A stretch of DNA of 64,000 bases from Nageia nagi (GCA_050084985.1 JBITNC010000002.1:17794001-17858000); one strand, 5' to 3'. Shown: positions 39,781-54,124, counted from the first letter of the stretch. Notes: generated by a model from the letters alone, not told the origin. Numbers and translations: made by a program.

Positions 39781-40049
39781 ATATTTTTCAAATGGATCAA
39801 TCCTAGAGAGTTGAAGATCCATGTAAGTGTTCTCAATACACCCAATGTTAGTTGCCAAAATAAAAATAGAAAAAAAATAGAATAAAAGCTAGAGATGTAA
39901 AACAAAACTAGATTGTGGTGTAGTATGTGCATAGTGTTTGATTGAAATATGTGTTTGCAGCTAGCATTGATGCATAAATATTCTTATTTTGGGAGCTAAT
40001 ACAACTATTCTTATAGGAGGTAAGAGTATGCTTACTCATATATCTAAAC

Positions 40050-42700
40050 ATAGTGGGTATTTGTATAGATACTTAAAATTCCATTTTAACTATCTAATGA
40101 CTATTTTAGTGATTTACTCTATTTGTGCAAAATGTCAACTTGAATGCATGCTGGATAAATCAAGATTAATTTAAGTGAATTCATTTGAATTAGCATTTCC
40201 TTCTATGCACATTGTTCTAAATGGGTCCACCTAGATGAACTCAAAATCCAATTTCTGAATCTTTTATAAAGTACTCTCAAGTGCTCATTTCAAATATAGC
40301 CATCCAAGTTCAAGACGTATCATTATCAAAGATAAAACAAGAAATAGTGCAATATCGTCTTCTATCATCATAGTTGAATCATAAAAAGATTCAAGAAGCT
40401 AAAGGGAGCCTTCCAAAAACAACACAACTTGAAATGGGCATTCAGGCCAAAACCCCCAACATTCTAGAACCCCAACTTAGAACACCCAATGCTCTAGAAT
40501 CACAGGGCCAAATGTGGATGCTTTGGTCGCAAACCTCTAAAATCCCCACAATTAAGCCAAGTCATTCCACAACATATGTACATCTATCTTAGCATCATCC
40601 AAAGCAAAATCATCTCTAGAATCATCATTTGCATAAATCCCATCTCAAAATTATATAGATATATCATCTGAAAACAACTAGGATTCGCCCTCCAAGATCA
40701 CAAGCTATCTATCAGAAAGCATCCAATCCTTCACCCTCCAAATAAATCTTCCTTGTATATCCTCTTATGAATTCACATACCTAATTACTAAATCCTATAC
40801 TAGATATTGCTACTATTCTATTTTCATTCCATTATAATAAATATGCATGTCTTAAATCATTGTTCATTATTTTTATGTCTAAAATTGGTGAACGTAATTA
40901 TTTTTTTATTTTTAAAAACCCTCGATTTTTTGTGAATCGAACTACTAAAAATGTTTTTGGACAAAACCTCACTTTTTGTTCATGTTTTTTTTATATGTAA
41001 TGAACCCTATCAACCCTATAACCTTGCCCAAACCATAGTTTTTGGTAAGCCCGATATTTGAGAAAACAACTTCTAAAAAATCATCTAAAATACAAAAAAA
41101 AAAAAAAAAATCCTCCATGACCTTGTCAAAACCTTAGATTTGACCTTAGAGCATCATGGCTTCTTCATCCAATTGAACAATTTTTCAAAGCTAGTGATAT
41201 GAAAGAAGAGAACCAACTTTTCTTATAAAATAGTACGAGTGTTTGTGACACACCAAACAATCAAAATAATCAGAATGCTCAAAGCTCAACTTTGCCCACT
41301 CTCAAAGCCCAACATCACCCACTCAAAGTGCAACTTTGTCCACTACTAGTGTACAAGCAATTTCAGAAATAATAGTACTAAGCAAATTGTTGGCTCAAAG
41401 TAGGGCTAAGATAAATCTATGAAATTACAAGGTGATTCGCATTACTCTTACAAAATTCTCACCAAAGTTATATATGTTAATTCTAGCATCTTTTAAGTCA
41501 TAATCACTGTCATCATTAACAAGAATTTGAATAATGGATGCTCTTTTCTTAGCTATCATTTCATTTCTTTTCGGTTTGATAGTAGTTTCAAATTCATTTT
41601 GTTTGAAGGCTTTTAGGGTAGTGCAAACAAGGGTGAAGATCACACAAAGAGATTAAAAATTTGACAAGGAACATCCTAATTTGGAAAACTAGAAGTTTTA
41701 CAAATTATAGTTTGAGAGAAATACAAACAATGAGGAACAAAAACAAACTAAAAACCAATGGTTTTTGGCAAAACAGAAATATCAAGTTCACCATAATACA
41801 ATCAATTTTGTATAGGAAATGAAAATAGAATAATAGCAATATAGAAGAACTTGATTTTATAAGCTAGGTTAAAAATTTAAAGTGGAGATATAGAAAAGAC
41901 TTGCCTATAAGTTGTATGGATTGGAGGTAAGCTGGCAAACAACTTATGATCTAAGAGGATGAATCTTTGTGCTCTAAAGAGTCAAGTAAACTTTGAAGGC
42001 AAACAAATGATAAACGTGAGTGATATTGAGTTGGATAGAGGTCATAGAATCGTTTTGAGGTCAATCTAAATTAGAGGCCAAATTACCAACACTCTATGAT
42101 AAGGATCCCAAAATGCTTAGAGTGATATTGAGTTGGTCATGGATCTGTTTTGGGGTAAATCTGCTCAAGGACCAAATCACCAACACTAATAAGGGTCCCA
42201 AAATGCTCAACATTCTAGGATGCAAAGTCCAAAATGTCCATGTTTTATTGCAAAATTCTAAAATACAATGAACTTTTAATCAATGCATGCAACAGAATTT
42301 TGTGTGCGAATCTAAGATTTCGATTTTATTCTTACAAAACTTATTCAAAGAAATTCTAAAAAATGTGATTGATTTTGCTAAAGGTATTAACAATAAGACA
42401 TTAAAAGGTGTTAAGAGCATCATATAATGTACAACCTTGTATTTGAATTACAACATTGATCAAAATCTTTCAAAGATCAAATGAGTTTTAACTTTTACTT
42501 TATATAGATTTGAGAAATATAATTTTAGGTTTATTTAAGTGGACCCTTTTAGAATGATATGAGCATAGAATAATATTAAATCATGAGATTTTACATAAAT
42601 TAGAATAGCCCAAATAAGTTCAAATTATCATTTACATATAAATCAAGTAAATCACTTAAAAAAGGTAAAAGTAAAGTCAACATTTAACGTCTTTAAACCT
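40050..42700. mobile_element. Old long-TIR (MULE/foldback-like) non-autonomous element
   Basis: Degenerate inverted repeats, e.g. ttctaaatgggtccacctagatgaac (~40214) vs the reverse complement of gtttatttaagtggaccctttttagaa (~42530), and agtgatttact vs agtaaatcact; ends and TSD unresolved. Confidence 0.5.
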
Positions 42701-43105
42701 ATTAGGTTGTAAAACTTATCAAGAGTTTTTAAATATCACCAATGTAGGGGGTGGGAGTGGAACTTGAAACCCATGGTTATCTACACACCTCTCTTATCCT
42801 AACTCCCCTAACAAGAAGTGATAAAAATAAAATGTTCTTACATTTTTGATAGATAAAAATGTTTTCACATTTTAAATAAAATCACTTAGATAGATAAAAA
42901 TATTTTCACATAACAAGCAAAGATCAAAAATTAAACTCCTTTATGTCTACTCTATAAAACTGATTTTAAAAAAGCATCACAACTCTATTGAGAAATGGAC
43001 ATGAACTTGTGTGGGCAAAAGTAAAGTTATGGTTAAACTCTTAATGTTATCGTTATTTTAATATGATCAGAGAAAAATTTTATTTACTGAATCTTGAATA
43101 CTTAC

Positions 43106-43165
43106 AGTGGGTACAGCCAATGCCAAACTCGCACTTGTGCCTCTCCAAAGCCTGAGGACCCCCTC
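43106..43165 (-). CDS. MTM1: MTM1-like carrier, exon EGVLRLWRGTSASLALAVPT
   Basis: TGTAG acceptor, ACT|GTAAGT donor; EG...LWRG carrier signature. Confidence 0.92.
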
Positions 43166-43299
43166 CTACATAAGATCTCTCCAATCAACAACAATGTCAA
43201 TAATATCAATGCCCTCAGCTAAATACCAAATTAAAACTTTAGAAACTGCATACAATTCAAAATTTAAATTCTTATAACACCTTCCTCAAACAAAGGTAC

Positions 43300-43341
43300 C
43301 TGTTGAATTATCTTGCACAAGGCATCAAATGACCCTTTGTA
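43300..43341 (-). CDS. MTM1: MTM1-like carrier, exon YKGSFDALCKIIQQ
   Basis: TTTTGCAG acceptor, CAG|GTACC donor; typical YKG..D....I..E carrier segment. Confidence 0.88.
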
Positions 43342-45186
43342 CTGCAAAATAACAACACATAAAACAATCATCAATAAAATAATAATGAACTATAAAATAT
43401 AATATAATATTTTTTTGGATGAAAAAGCAAATTTATTACTTAATCATGCAAAAAAAGGCAGAGGTGGGAAGGTTTAACACTCCCCAAAATATCACAAAAG
43501 TATGTCAAGTCACACTAACTGCTTCGCATTGTCAGTTAGGACTATCACAAGTATCAAAATAACACTTTAACAAAAAAACAGAACACCCATAACCTATTAA
43601 TAAACTTTTCCTAATATGAAAGTTTACCATTAAAGCATCATATTGCCATCCTTGAGAAATATTCAGGGCATCCCAACCATCACTAGCGACCCTGCCACCT
43701 TCAGGATTCACTGCATTGTCAATTGCATTCTCCTCCACCTGGAGAGGTATTAATTTATCAACCCAACAAATAATCCTTTCAGAAGACTATGAGGGTATGT
43801 CCTAGCCTGCATTATGTGTATAAGAGGAGGATCTCTCTATACAAGGGTGCTTGTTAACCAAAGGTGGCTGAGACCAATGCCTGCCTGGGGAGAGTTTGGG
43901 TCACGTGCATGTAACGGACCTCAACGTGGTCTAGAACGAGCTCTTCCCTGTGCCAATCGTTGAGTAGCCTACCTTTCATCCAGTTCGAGAGGGAGCGTAC
44001 TGACAACACATGGAGCATTGCCCCAATAGTCCATGAGACCCCATAAGTATTGAATCTCAATGTTGATATTCTCCACTTGATTATTAATCTGCAGCCAACA
44101 GTCATATAATACCTCATATTTATCAAAGAGAGAAAAATATAATGAAGGATTCTTGTCTAGAAATGTGATTTTGCATCTTTTCTTCCATAAGTGAAACAGC
44201 AAATCAACTCTGAAAATATGCCAAACAACTGAGAGTTTTTCAGCAAACTCAACATTGTCACCTAACAAAATATGAAGCCATGAGCAAGAACTTTTCATGT
44301 AATGCCTAAAAAAGGTGAGTATCCAATGCCAAGCCTCTTGTGCTCTAAGACAATCCCAAAACACATGTTTACAGTCTTCCTCTTCCAAACAATTTTTACA
44401 CGTATTAGTGACACCCATGTATTTTAATCTTGAACCAATGGGGAGGCCTTGGTGTAGCACACTCCATCCAAGAAAGCTCTTTTTGGGTTCCAAGAAATTT
44501 GCCCATATTGCCCTGAACTGCAGGACCCAACATTTTTTGGAGGAGACAAGGTCCCATTTTGTGTTGAGTTTATCATACATCGGAATGACCGGCGATAACC
44601 ATGTATACCCCAACTTGGCTTTATATTGTAGCAGAGGGGTATTTTTGGGCAGACCCAATCCTCCCACCATGGTGTTTAATATTGCTGAAAAGCAAAAACT
44701 TTGTTCCATACTGTCAGGGGAGTGTTTCCAATCACAGCCTTATATGTGGGTTTGTCCTTGGCCATAAGGTTGAATTTCTTTCGAAACTCACCCTAAGGAA
44801 TCCATGATTTATTGTGAGGCGACATGAAGTCAATCAAGGAAGCAATTCCCCTTTTGAAAAAACTTTGTGCATGAATCTGTTGTGACTAAAACACAACATG
44901 CCCCAAAATCATGCGATTTTGGGGACCCTCATCACTCCTTGTCAACACATTGTCATGTTGTTGTCTCATCTACTCCAAGTGATGTCATAAGCCCCAGATT
45001 CAATGTCGAGTCCCCCAGGTTCAAGTCTCATCCTTCGCCTGAGCTTAGTCATACCAAACCAAAAATTTGAAATTCCTCAAAAAATGGCTAAGTCTGGAAA
45101 ACCAAAAGTCGATCCTAGGTGAACCAGGGGAGTCCAGGGCGACTCAGGATAGAGTCAAGCCAAACTGGGTCACTCCAAGGGCTATT

Positions 45187-46391
45187 GCATGATTTTAAAG
45201 GACAAAATCTTGTCTTTTTGAATCATGCAACTGGGTCAGGGAGTCGTCCAAACTGAAGTTAATTCCCGAAAAAGCAATCTAGGTCACTTTGAGGCTTGGC
45301 GCATGCTTCAAGAAGACAAAATCTTGTCTTTTTGAATCATGCAACAGGATTATAGAGCAGAGAGAACAGTCTGGATCAGGAACAGAATAGAGAAAAGATA
45401 AGAACAAGGCATAGCAAGTCTGTCGCATGATTTCAAAAGACAAAATCTTGACTTTTTGAATCATGCAACCAAGTGGGGAGGTGTAACTGGGCAAGTTCGA
45501 AGGTCAAAAAGTGAAACCCATGCATTTAGGAGGCTAGTGCATGCGTCAAAAAGACACAATCATGACTTTTTGAATAATAAGCCCAACCTAGAAAGGCTTC
45601 TAGTTCATTCAAACAAGAAAAATTGGCCAAGGCATGAAGCCCAAAACCCCAAGACTAGGAGGGTTGGCGCATGATTTCAAAAGACAAGTTTTTGACTATT
45701 TGAATCATGCGACAAGCCTAGGAAGCCTCCAAGAGCGAAGAAACATGAAAATTTTGGCGAAGGCACAGAGACTGGAACATGCAAGATGCAAAATTGGCCA
45801 TCTGGAAGCTATCGCATGATTTCAAAAGACACAATCATGACTTTTTGAATCATGCAACCAAGCTGGAAAGGCAGGAGAGGCTGTCACATGATTTCAAAAG
45901 ACACAATCATGACTTTTTGAATCATGCAACCAAGTCATGATTGTGTCTTTTGAAATCATGTGACAACCTCTCTTGCCTTTCCAGCTTGGTCGCATGATTC
46001 AAAAGGTCATGATTGTGTCTTTTGAAATCATGCGACAGCTTCCAAATGGCCAATTTTGCATCTTGATTTCAAAAGACACAATCATGACTTTTTGAATCAT
46101 GCGACCAAGTTGGACAGACAGGAGAGGCTATCGAATGATTCAAAAAGACACAAACATAACTTTTTGAACCATGCGCCAAGCTTGGGGAGTGTCCAGATTG
46201 GGCTTAAAGGTCAAATTTGACAAGCCCAAGCACCATAAAGAGCAAAAATCAGCCAAGTTCAGGTCTCAGGACAAGCTTCAAGGTCAAGTTGAGAGAGCAG
46301 AGGAGCAAGAACATCAACACACAAAGAGCATTCATCCCCAAGGCTGGTGCATGATCCAGAAAGACAAAATCTTGTCTTTTCTTGGCATGCG
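45187..46391. repeat. Array of ~12 palindromic 42-bp motifs with variable spacers, including a 134-bp inverted repeat
   Basis: Consensus GCATGATTTCAAAAGACAAAATCTTGACTTTTTGAATCATGC; IR arms 45782-45915 and 45932-46065. Confidence 0.9.
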
Positions 46392-47503
46392 CCAAGCCTG
46401 AAGGTGTCCTGGAACCCCCACATCTAGTCCTAGCCGGCTGGACTTGAAATTTAATGCAGGAACACATCTCAAGGATGGACACATGGACGGCCAGGGTGGA
46501 ACTTTTCTTATACTACGAAATTCTTGGATGAGGATTTCAAGGAACGTGTTGCGGGCTTGGGCCCACCGTGAGCTTAGTCACAATTTTCCAGTTTATTTTA
46601 TTTCCAAGAAAATGACATCTATTTTTGCTAAAATATTTTTATATATTTATTTAATTCCCAAACCTGTGATGGATGAGGATTTGGTCCCACAAGTTTGGAA
46701 GAAACCTTGTAACGCCATGTGGCGATTTGCGATTGGACGTTTTGTATTTTCTCGTAATTTGCATTAGGGTTAGGGCAACATTTTGAGTTGCCACAAAAGC
46801 TATTTATAGCCCATTCGGGCTCATTTGTAATAGATTAGACATTTTTGCAAATTGGGCTACTAACACAATATTTCCAAACTTGCAAGTTTCCCTATTTTGT
46901 AATTGTGATATAATTACAAGAAATTGAAGTGAGCATATTTTCATTTGGAACTATGAATGTGAATGTGTGTGACATCCTTATGCTATCTTGAGTGTTTGGA
47001 ACATTTTGTAAACCTTGTTAGGGTGGACAAAAGAGTGCCTAAAAAACTCTTTGAAATATTTCAAGTGGTGTATGGTTGTGATGTTTCATAGTTTGCACAT
47101 TGGATTAGGATGTTTTAAGATGACTTGTATATGTCGTTTAATATAGGAACTTCACTCCTGTTTGAGTTCTACCCACATCATATCTTTCCTTTCCATTGCC
47201 TTAGCACTAAGCTCCCCTTGCTAGGACACTCGTGTTGTTGCCTTCCAAGTCGGATTTGGAGTGCATGGAACCTATGCCAAACCCGTACAAGTCTAGTCTT
47301 AGAAACCCATGCTAGTCGGTGAAAATATTGCCCCTTGAGCTGAATTCATATATCATCGTCTTCTCACAACCTTTTTTATTCTTTTTATTTCTTTTGTGCG
47401 GCTTTCGCAACAAATCTTTTCATTTTTCTTTATTTCTTGAGAAACAACTATTTCTGGATTAGGGACCCTTCGAGTCCTTGGTTAACAAAAGTTATTTGAG
47501 TTG

Positions 47504-47582
47504 GTAACAGCTTTAAGCATCTCCACCGAATCACCTAAGTGACGTAACAGCTTTAAGCATCTCCACCGAATCACCTAAGTGA
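47504..47582. repeat. Perfect 39-bp tandem duplication
   Basis: gtaacagctttaagcatctccaccgaatcacctaagtga twice, period 40. Confidence 0.9.
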
Positions 47583-49309
47583 TCCCTTGCACTCTTCACT
47601 TTCAAACCTTTGAGGTAAACAGTCCTCATAACGAGTTGGGGTCACGCCCTACTACTCAGGTGTTGGAGTCTTTCAACAAGCCTTGTGATACAATTTTCCA
47701 ATCAACAAGGGTAGGAAAGAAAAAGCCCCCAACAAAATCCATTTCACATTAACTAAGGGGATACCTTGGATACTAAAAACAAACCAGACATTTAATTGTG
47801 ATATATATGCAGCAAGGCCTTCCTTTTTCCATGAAAGTTTGCTCTTGAGAGCTCCCCAAAGCTTTCCAAATACTCTAAATGACAAAGGACCCTTTGATTT
47901 TTATTGGAACAATGAGTGTTTGAAGGTTTAAACCTTTCCATACCTTTTTACCAAAAGGGAGCCCGGAGAGAATGCTATTCTTGATTAGAATTTTCCAATT
48001 TTCATCTCCCTGCAGGGATCTGGCAACCACTTAGCACATAATGCATAACCTTGTCTTTGAAAGTCAAACAAACCCACCCAGGCCACTCTATGAAACCCCT
48101 TGTTACCTACAGTATTGGAGCAAAGGAAGGCTTTAAGCAACTTTTCCAATGACTTGTAGCAATTTTTAGAAGGGACCCAACAGGAAGAGTAGTACACGTG
48201 TCGAGGCCAGGACCTTGGAGCATATCTAGAATTTCCCAGCCAGAGAAAGTTTTTGGTGGTCCAATAGCTTAGTTCTTTTTCTACTTTTTGAACCACATAA
48301 TGCCATAAGCTAGTTGAGGCCCCTTGAAAGGCAAAGATGATACCAAGGAATTTGAACATCTCCCCATGTTGAATCCAACTCCATGGTTTTGAAGCCAATC
48401 ACTAAGGAGTGTCACTTATCATTTGTCTATAGCATGAAGTCTTTCTCCATTATATGCTTGAGCCAAAAGCTAAACAAAAGGTGTTCAAACAAGCTAGGGC
48501 ATTAGCTATAGAGGAATATTCTTTAGCAAGAGTTAGGAAGGAGTCATCGGCAAAGTGTCCATTGATCAACTGTTTATTTGTGTTGGGAAAAGAGATGCCT
48601 TTGACCAACCCTAAACTAGCCTTACGAGCAAGGAGGTACCCACAGGATTCAACTGCAAGTATAAACAATGATGGGGCTAATGGACATCCTTGCCTATAAG
48701 ATCTTCCCAAGGGAATGCTTTGTGAATGAGATTTATCAAGAGATAAAACTGCAGAAGCATCTTTGAATAACATCCAAACTGTGTCCACAAAGAAGGATCC
48801 AAACCCCAGGGCTCTTAACATTGCAGTGATAAAGAACCATTCAATTTTGTTATAGGCTTTCTCAAAATCAATTTGATAAACAGAACTGGTTGGTTTCACA
48901 TTCTAGCCCATTCCATTCCTTTCCAGACTGCTATCACATTATCAAGAATATACCTGTCTTGGACAAAACATGTTTGCTTAAGTTGTATGATAAGAGGCAA
49001 AAGTGGTCTGAGTTTAAGGGCTAAGGCTTTGACAATGATCTTATAAATAACATTTAGTAAAGTGATGGGACTCCAATTAGTAATTAATACTGGATCACCT
49101 TCTTTGGGCATGAATTTAACATTCCCCTTTTTTATGATTGGACCGAAGGACCCTACAAATATTGCTTCTTTGTATACATTCCAAAGATCTGACCCCACAA
49201 GTCCCAGTATTTTTTGTAGGATTCACATGGAAAACCATCCAAACCTGGAGCCTTTTCATTGGCCATTACCATCAGTGTTTGTTTCAAATCATCCAGAGTA
49301 AGGGGAGCA

Positions 49310-50513
49310 TGTAATATCCCCTTTTGAACAAAATTAAGGAAATTTGGGATCCTTGGTTTCCCTTTTATAAATAATTTGTTTTCGCATTAGTAGTAACTTG
49401 GGATAGAAAAATAATGGTCCATTGGACCCACATTGTGAGTGCAAAGGTGGGACGTTTTCCTCCCAAGCATAGGATGAGTTGTTTTATTGTTATTTTTATG
49501 TACTTGGAGATCCTAAAGATTGATTGTGGGAACCCCAAGACTTGTATGACACCTAGATAGCCACACATGGCAAGGATGGACACTTATGATCCCAACGTTG
49601 GACTTGGGGAGCATCATTGTAAGTTTGCACACCTACGCCACACTTGGGGAAGACTATATACCCCCACGTGGCCACATGATGACATATATTTGGCATGTGT
49701 AGCCTCTAGAAGGCTAACGTTGGGCATGCATGACACCTAGACACATTGGGGAACACATCCAACCCCATGATTGGGCATTTGAGAGCCTCTAAGAGGTAAC
49801 GTTGGATTTGAAGGTTGGGGTGATGACTCCTAGGTGAGATCCAGATCCAAGGAATGTTATATAAGGCATTGGAGCATCATTGTGAGGATATGTTGATTTT
49901 GATATTGAAACTACTCTTCAAAGCTTCTAAACACTTGGAGGCGTCAAGCACCCTTGGGCGTGTAGTTCAAGGAGAGTTTAGGAGGCTTGGGACACCTTGT
50001 AATCTACGGTTAAGGTGGTTGTTCGTGCTATGAAGCTTTGCCCTTCGTTGAGGCGTCCATAGCAATCATCATGTTTGAATCCATCTGGTGGTATTCCAGA
50101 ATTGCACTTGTTCTCTTCATCGAGAGCCAGCCTGTGAGGAAGCCCTTCAATGTGGAATCCATAGATCTGGTAGAGTGTGGTTGTTCTACAGCATATCTTC
50201 TTCAGTGATCGTATTTGCATATTTGTGTGCCCTACTTGGCTCCTTGAAGGCCAACATTGAGCCCTTTGGGCCTGGGTGACATATGGTTCCTGGCTCATCT
50301 TTGATGTGTTTGCTTGATATTTGAGGACCCTAGTGTGACGTTGGGCTCATTGTGTTGTTTTCTGGCTAAAGGAGTGAGACGATGTAATTATTGGCATATT
50401 TTATGACATGTTTGATGCCCTAGACTAGTTCGTTGCATTCCTAGAGGTATAATTTGATATTTGTTGGTGATTATCTAGCTAAATTCCATATTGTAGGATT
50501 TTGGGATTTTATA
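49310..50513 (+). mobile_element. Solo LTR, same family as 2432-3844
   Basis: TGTAATATCCC start, GGGATTTTATA end; TSD GAGCA/GAGTA; removal restores the LINE frame CDTPLTLDDLK..KAPGLDGF. Confidence 0.85.
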
Positions 50514-52953
50514 GAGTATCACACAGAGTTTTCTGATCTTCTATGACTTTATAAGGAACAACAGAACAACATTCATCAAGAGCCTTTTGGTGATCTACAC
50601 TCAAAGTTTGAGAGGCGAAAACATATTGGTAATGATTGGCAAATGCTTTAGTGATTTCAGGTAGAGTGGTAAGTCTAGAATCATTAACTTTCAAAGTAGA
50701 GAATTATGTATATTTTCCAAGAGGTTGAAGTCTTTTAAAGAATTCTTTGGAGACTCTATCACCTATCTTAAGCTAATGTAATTGGGCTTTAAGTTGTGCA
50801 CCTTTTGCTTCATAAACTTTTGCTTTTTGGAGTTCATATCTAATAGGAGCAGCTTGGGCTTGCAATTCAAAATCAAAAGGACTCCTTTCATGCTTGATTG
50901 AGACATTGTTAAATTCATTTTTTAAAACAACATTGGAGATTCTCCTCCTCTTGGTAATTTCTTTTCCTAAGGTTCTGAGTAAGACTGTTGTTATTTTTAT
51001 GGTATCACTCCACCAATCTATCCATCCAAAAGAAGATCTGAGCCTAGGAACAAGATTCCAAACATGGTGGATAGAGGCAACAATAGAAGGTTAATCCAAA
51101 AAAGAAGTATTGAAGTAGAACTAAGCAAGGAATTTTACTATTTTAACATCAGATGATTCCACAAAGAAGGTTAGTGGAACATAATCAGACAGGGAAGTCC
51201 TTGGAATTATTGAGACATATGGAGCCGAGTTGGATTTTTTGGTAAAGTGGAAGGTATTGTTTGCAAACATCATGGCTCGATCTAATCTTGTTAAGACTCT
51301 GTTATCTCCCTTCTGCATGTTGGACCAAGTGAACCATTGTTCATCTGGAACTCTTCAATCGTAAAGAAAAAATTGGCGTCAAACAGACTGAGTTTATTTT
51401 TCATGAAATAAAAAGCTTCTCTTTACCCATTGACCCACCTCATCGAGGAGAGACTTTTCTTATCACTAGTTTTTTCAACCATGTTAAAGTCACCACAGAG
51501 GATCCAGGTGGCAGTCGGCACATTCATAGAAATCCATAACCACAAAGCACATCTATTGGGTGCATGGTTCGAAAGCGTAAATATTAATGATACCAAAAGG
51601 TTTTCCTTTTATCTCAAACAAAGTCCAAATAGCTTGGTTGGTGGGGTCCACCCCCTAAGTGACAATATGTGGCTGCCACTTCGAGGAAATGATTGTGACT
51701 GCTCCCCCTTTTCCGTGTTCATGATTCATGATGTAAACAGTACATCGAAGCGAAAGCGAGTTACAGACAAAATTCAAGTCTAGTTCCAGTTGCTTTAACT
51801 TCTTGAAGACACAACACATCCCAACTACCCACATGGCAAGAAATCAAACCTAAATCACTGCGAACTCTGTATTTTCAAATTGGGTCCGACAACCCTCTTA
51901 TATTCCATGAGACAACAATCAGTGAGGACTGTTAAGGTGCAAATCATCCTCTACCTCTGTAACATCCTTTGCATCCCCTAAGTCACCTAAGGATTCAAAT
52001 GCATTAACTGGCTGTGGAATGGGTGCTTCATTCTGTTTTCTTTTATGCAATGTATATTCCTCGAGAAAAGGGTTTCGGAAGACTGTATCGTTGTATCCTT
52101 CAGGTGGAGAAACAGAGCTAGTGCCTATGTCCATGCTCCCTGAAGTGTGATAATTGGAAACTCCTAAAGCATACTTGGCGGTTCCATTACAGACACCCCA
52201 TCTTGGGTGGAAAGAGATATTTCAGGCGGAACCAAAGGGGGAGAGAAAGGGCCTAGGTGAGCTTTTTGGGGCATAAGCACCCGAGCTTGAACATATGACT
52301 AATGGTTTCATCTATTATTCACCTGGGTCCATCCATTATCCTTACTTCCTTGTGTTCCAATTCCTCTATTGTTACTTTGAGCATTTTGACCATTTCCTCT
52401 ATTAATGTTACTTTGAACATTTTGACCATTATTTGCAGGAGCAGGGTTTTGATGAAATCTATCGACCATAAGCAAGCACTCCTTAATCTTATGGTTCGGA
52501 GATTAACAATGAAAACAAGTGTTCGAGAGGCCTATATATTGAACCCTTTGTTAAAGCATCTTATCCTCGACTTCAATGTCAACAAACTCTAGTAAATCTT
52601 TGGTAAGGTCTACCTTGACACAAACAAACTTGAAAAAAGGCTCAGCTATGTTACGCAAAAAACCCCAGTATGGTATGGGGAGATTTGGAAAATCCACCCA
52701 CACAGGTACTTCAATCGAGGCAACTTTGTCCACAGTAAATTCCTTATTATATTCTTACAATATCAAAAGCGATTTTCTAACAGACCAAGTACCTCGGGAA
52801 AGTATTTTCTTTGCATGTTCTTCTTTGAAAAAAATAAACAAAAAATAGCCTTTTACAAGGTTTTGGACAAAATCAAGAACAACAACATAAGGACCCCATA
52901 CTTGGTTGACCTAGGATCTTAGCAAAGTATCATTCGAGATTCGATCCAAAAAT

Positions 52954-54124
52954 TATAAAGTCCCAATCACAAATTCAAATGCAAATAAGCAAATTCAATC
53001 ACATAAACACCAACGTCTGGCCTAGAAGGGCAAATGCAAGCATAAACTACCTCAATATGCCAACATCAGGTCTAAAGCATCAAATACAAGCTGAATCAAC
53101 ATAATAATGCCAACATCTGGCTCATAGATGTATTAATGAACAATTACACCACAACGTTGCAATAATGGACAAGTACACAAGATAATATAAGATGCCAAAT
53201 GCCCACAGCTTGTATTAATGATATGGAATGGGCAATGATACAATACCAAGCCCACAGGGCTCAACATTGGCCTCCAAAGAGCCAACCAGGGCACAACAAA
53301 CATACAGATGTGATCAATGCTGGAATGGTGGTACTAAGGATGGGATAGCCTCACTCCCTCATACCTGGATGCTCCGCTGCAGAACTCCCACCCTTGGAAA
53401 CCACGAAAGGTAGGAATGCGACCTTGGAATGCCACGGGATGGACTAAGATGCTACAATTTAACTGTAGATCAATAGGATCCCTCAACCTATTAACACCCT
53501 AGATGCTGCACCTAGGGATGCGCTTGACATTGCACCAAAACTGGTGTCCATTGGATGGTATAAGCAATAATAATAATTATATATATCCAGCAATGATGCT
53601 CCAACATCTAATATAGCTTAAGCCTAGATCTAGAACATCACCTTGGAATCATCCATGCCTGGCCTACCCAACGTTAGCCTCCTAAGGGCTCTCAAATGCC
53701 TCAAACATGTCATAAATGCCCATGCGTGGGGCGTAGAGCCTCCCTAAGATGTGACGTGGACCTCCTAGGATGATGGGATGCCTCCAAGTCCAACGTTGGG
53801 GTCCTATAAGTCCCCTTATGTCATATATTGGGTTTCTAGGAGTCATACATGTGCCTAGATCCTATTTACATGCTCATACAAGGCCTTGGGATTCCCACAA
53901 TCAATTCTCGGGATTTCCAAGTACATTAAATAATATTAAATCATGCTAGCCTACTCTTGGGAGGAAGACGTCCCACTTGGGGCTCACAATGGGGTTCAAT
54001 GGAACTTTATAATTTCTATCCCAAGTACTAACAACTAGTGCATAATTAAATAAATAAATATTTACAAAAAGGGGAATCCGTGGGATTCCATAATTAATTG
54101 GATTTTGCAAACGGGGATTTCACA
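52954..54124 (-). mobile_element. Solo LTR, same family as 2432-3844
   Basis: Collinear with 2432-3844 (gatacaatacca, gagccaac, tgggattcc, caagtacattaaat); TSD AAAAT/GAAAT; removal restores LINE ORF1 TVIGYFLDR. Confidence 0.82.

Larger units (their letters stand above)
44866..47678 (+). mobile_element. Large (2.8 kb) solo-LTR-like insertion in the LINE
   Basis: TG...TCAACA termini; decayed 5-bp TSD AACTT/AGCCT; LINE ORF2 sequence on both sides; no coding capacity. Confidence 0.65.

Noticed and set aside
43342-43389. Upstream acceptor adding FIIILLMIVLCVVILQ to fix the exon 3 phase
   Set aside because: It adds 48 nt, still phase 0, and is T-rich intron-like sequence
45187-46391. CRISPR-like array (palindromic repeats with spacers)
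   Set aside because: Eukaryotic LTR context, no cas genes, irregular spacer lengths, degenerate and partly inverted repeats
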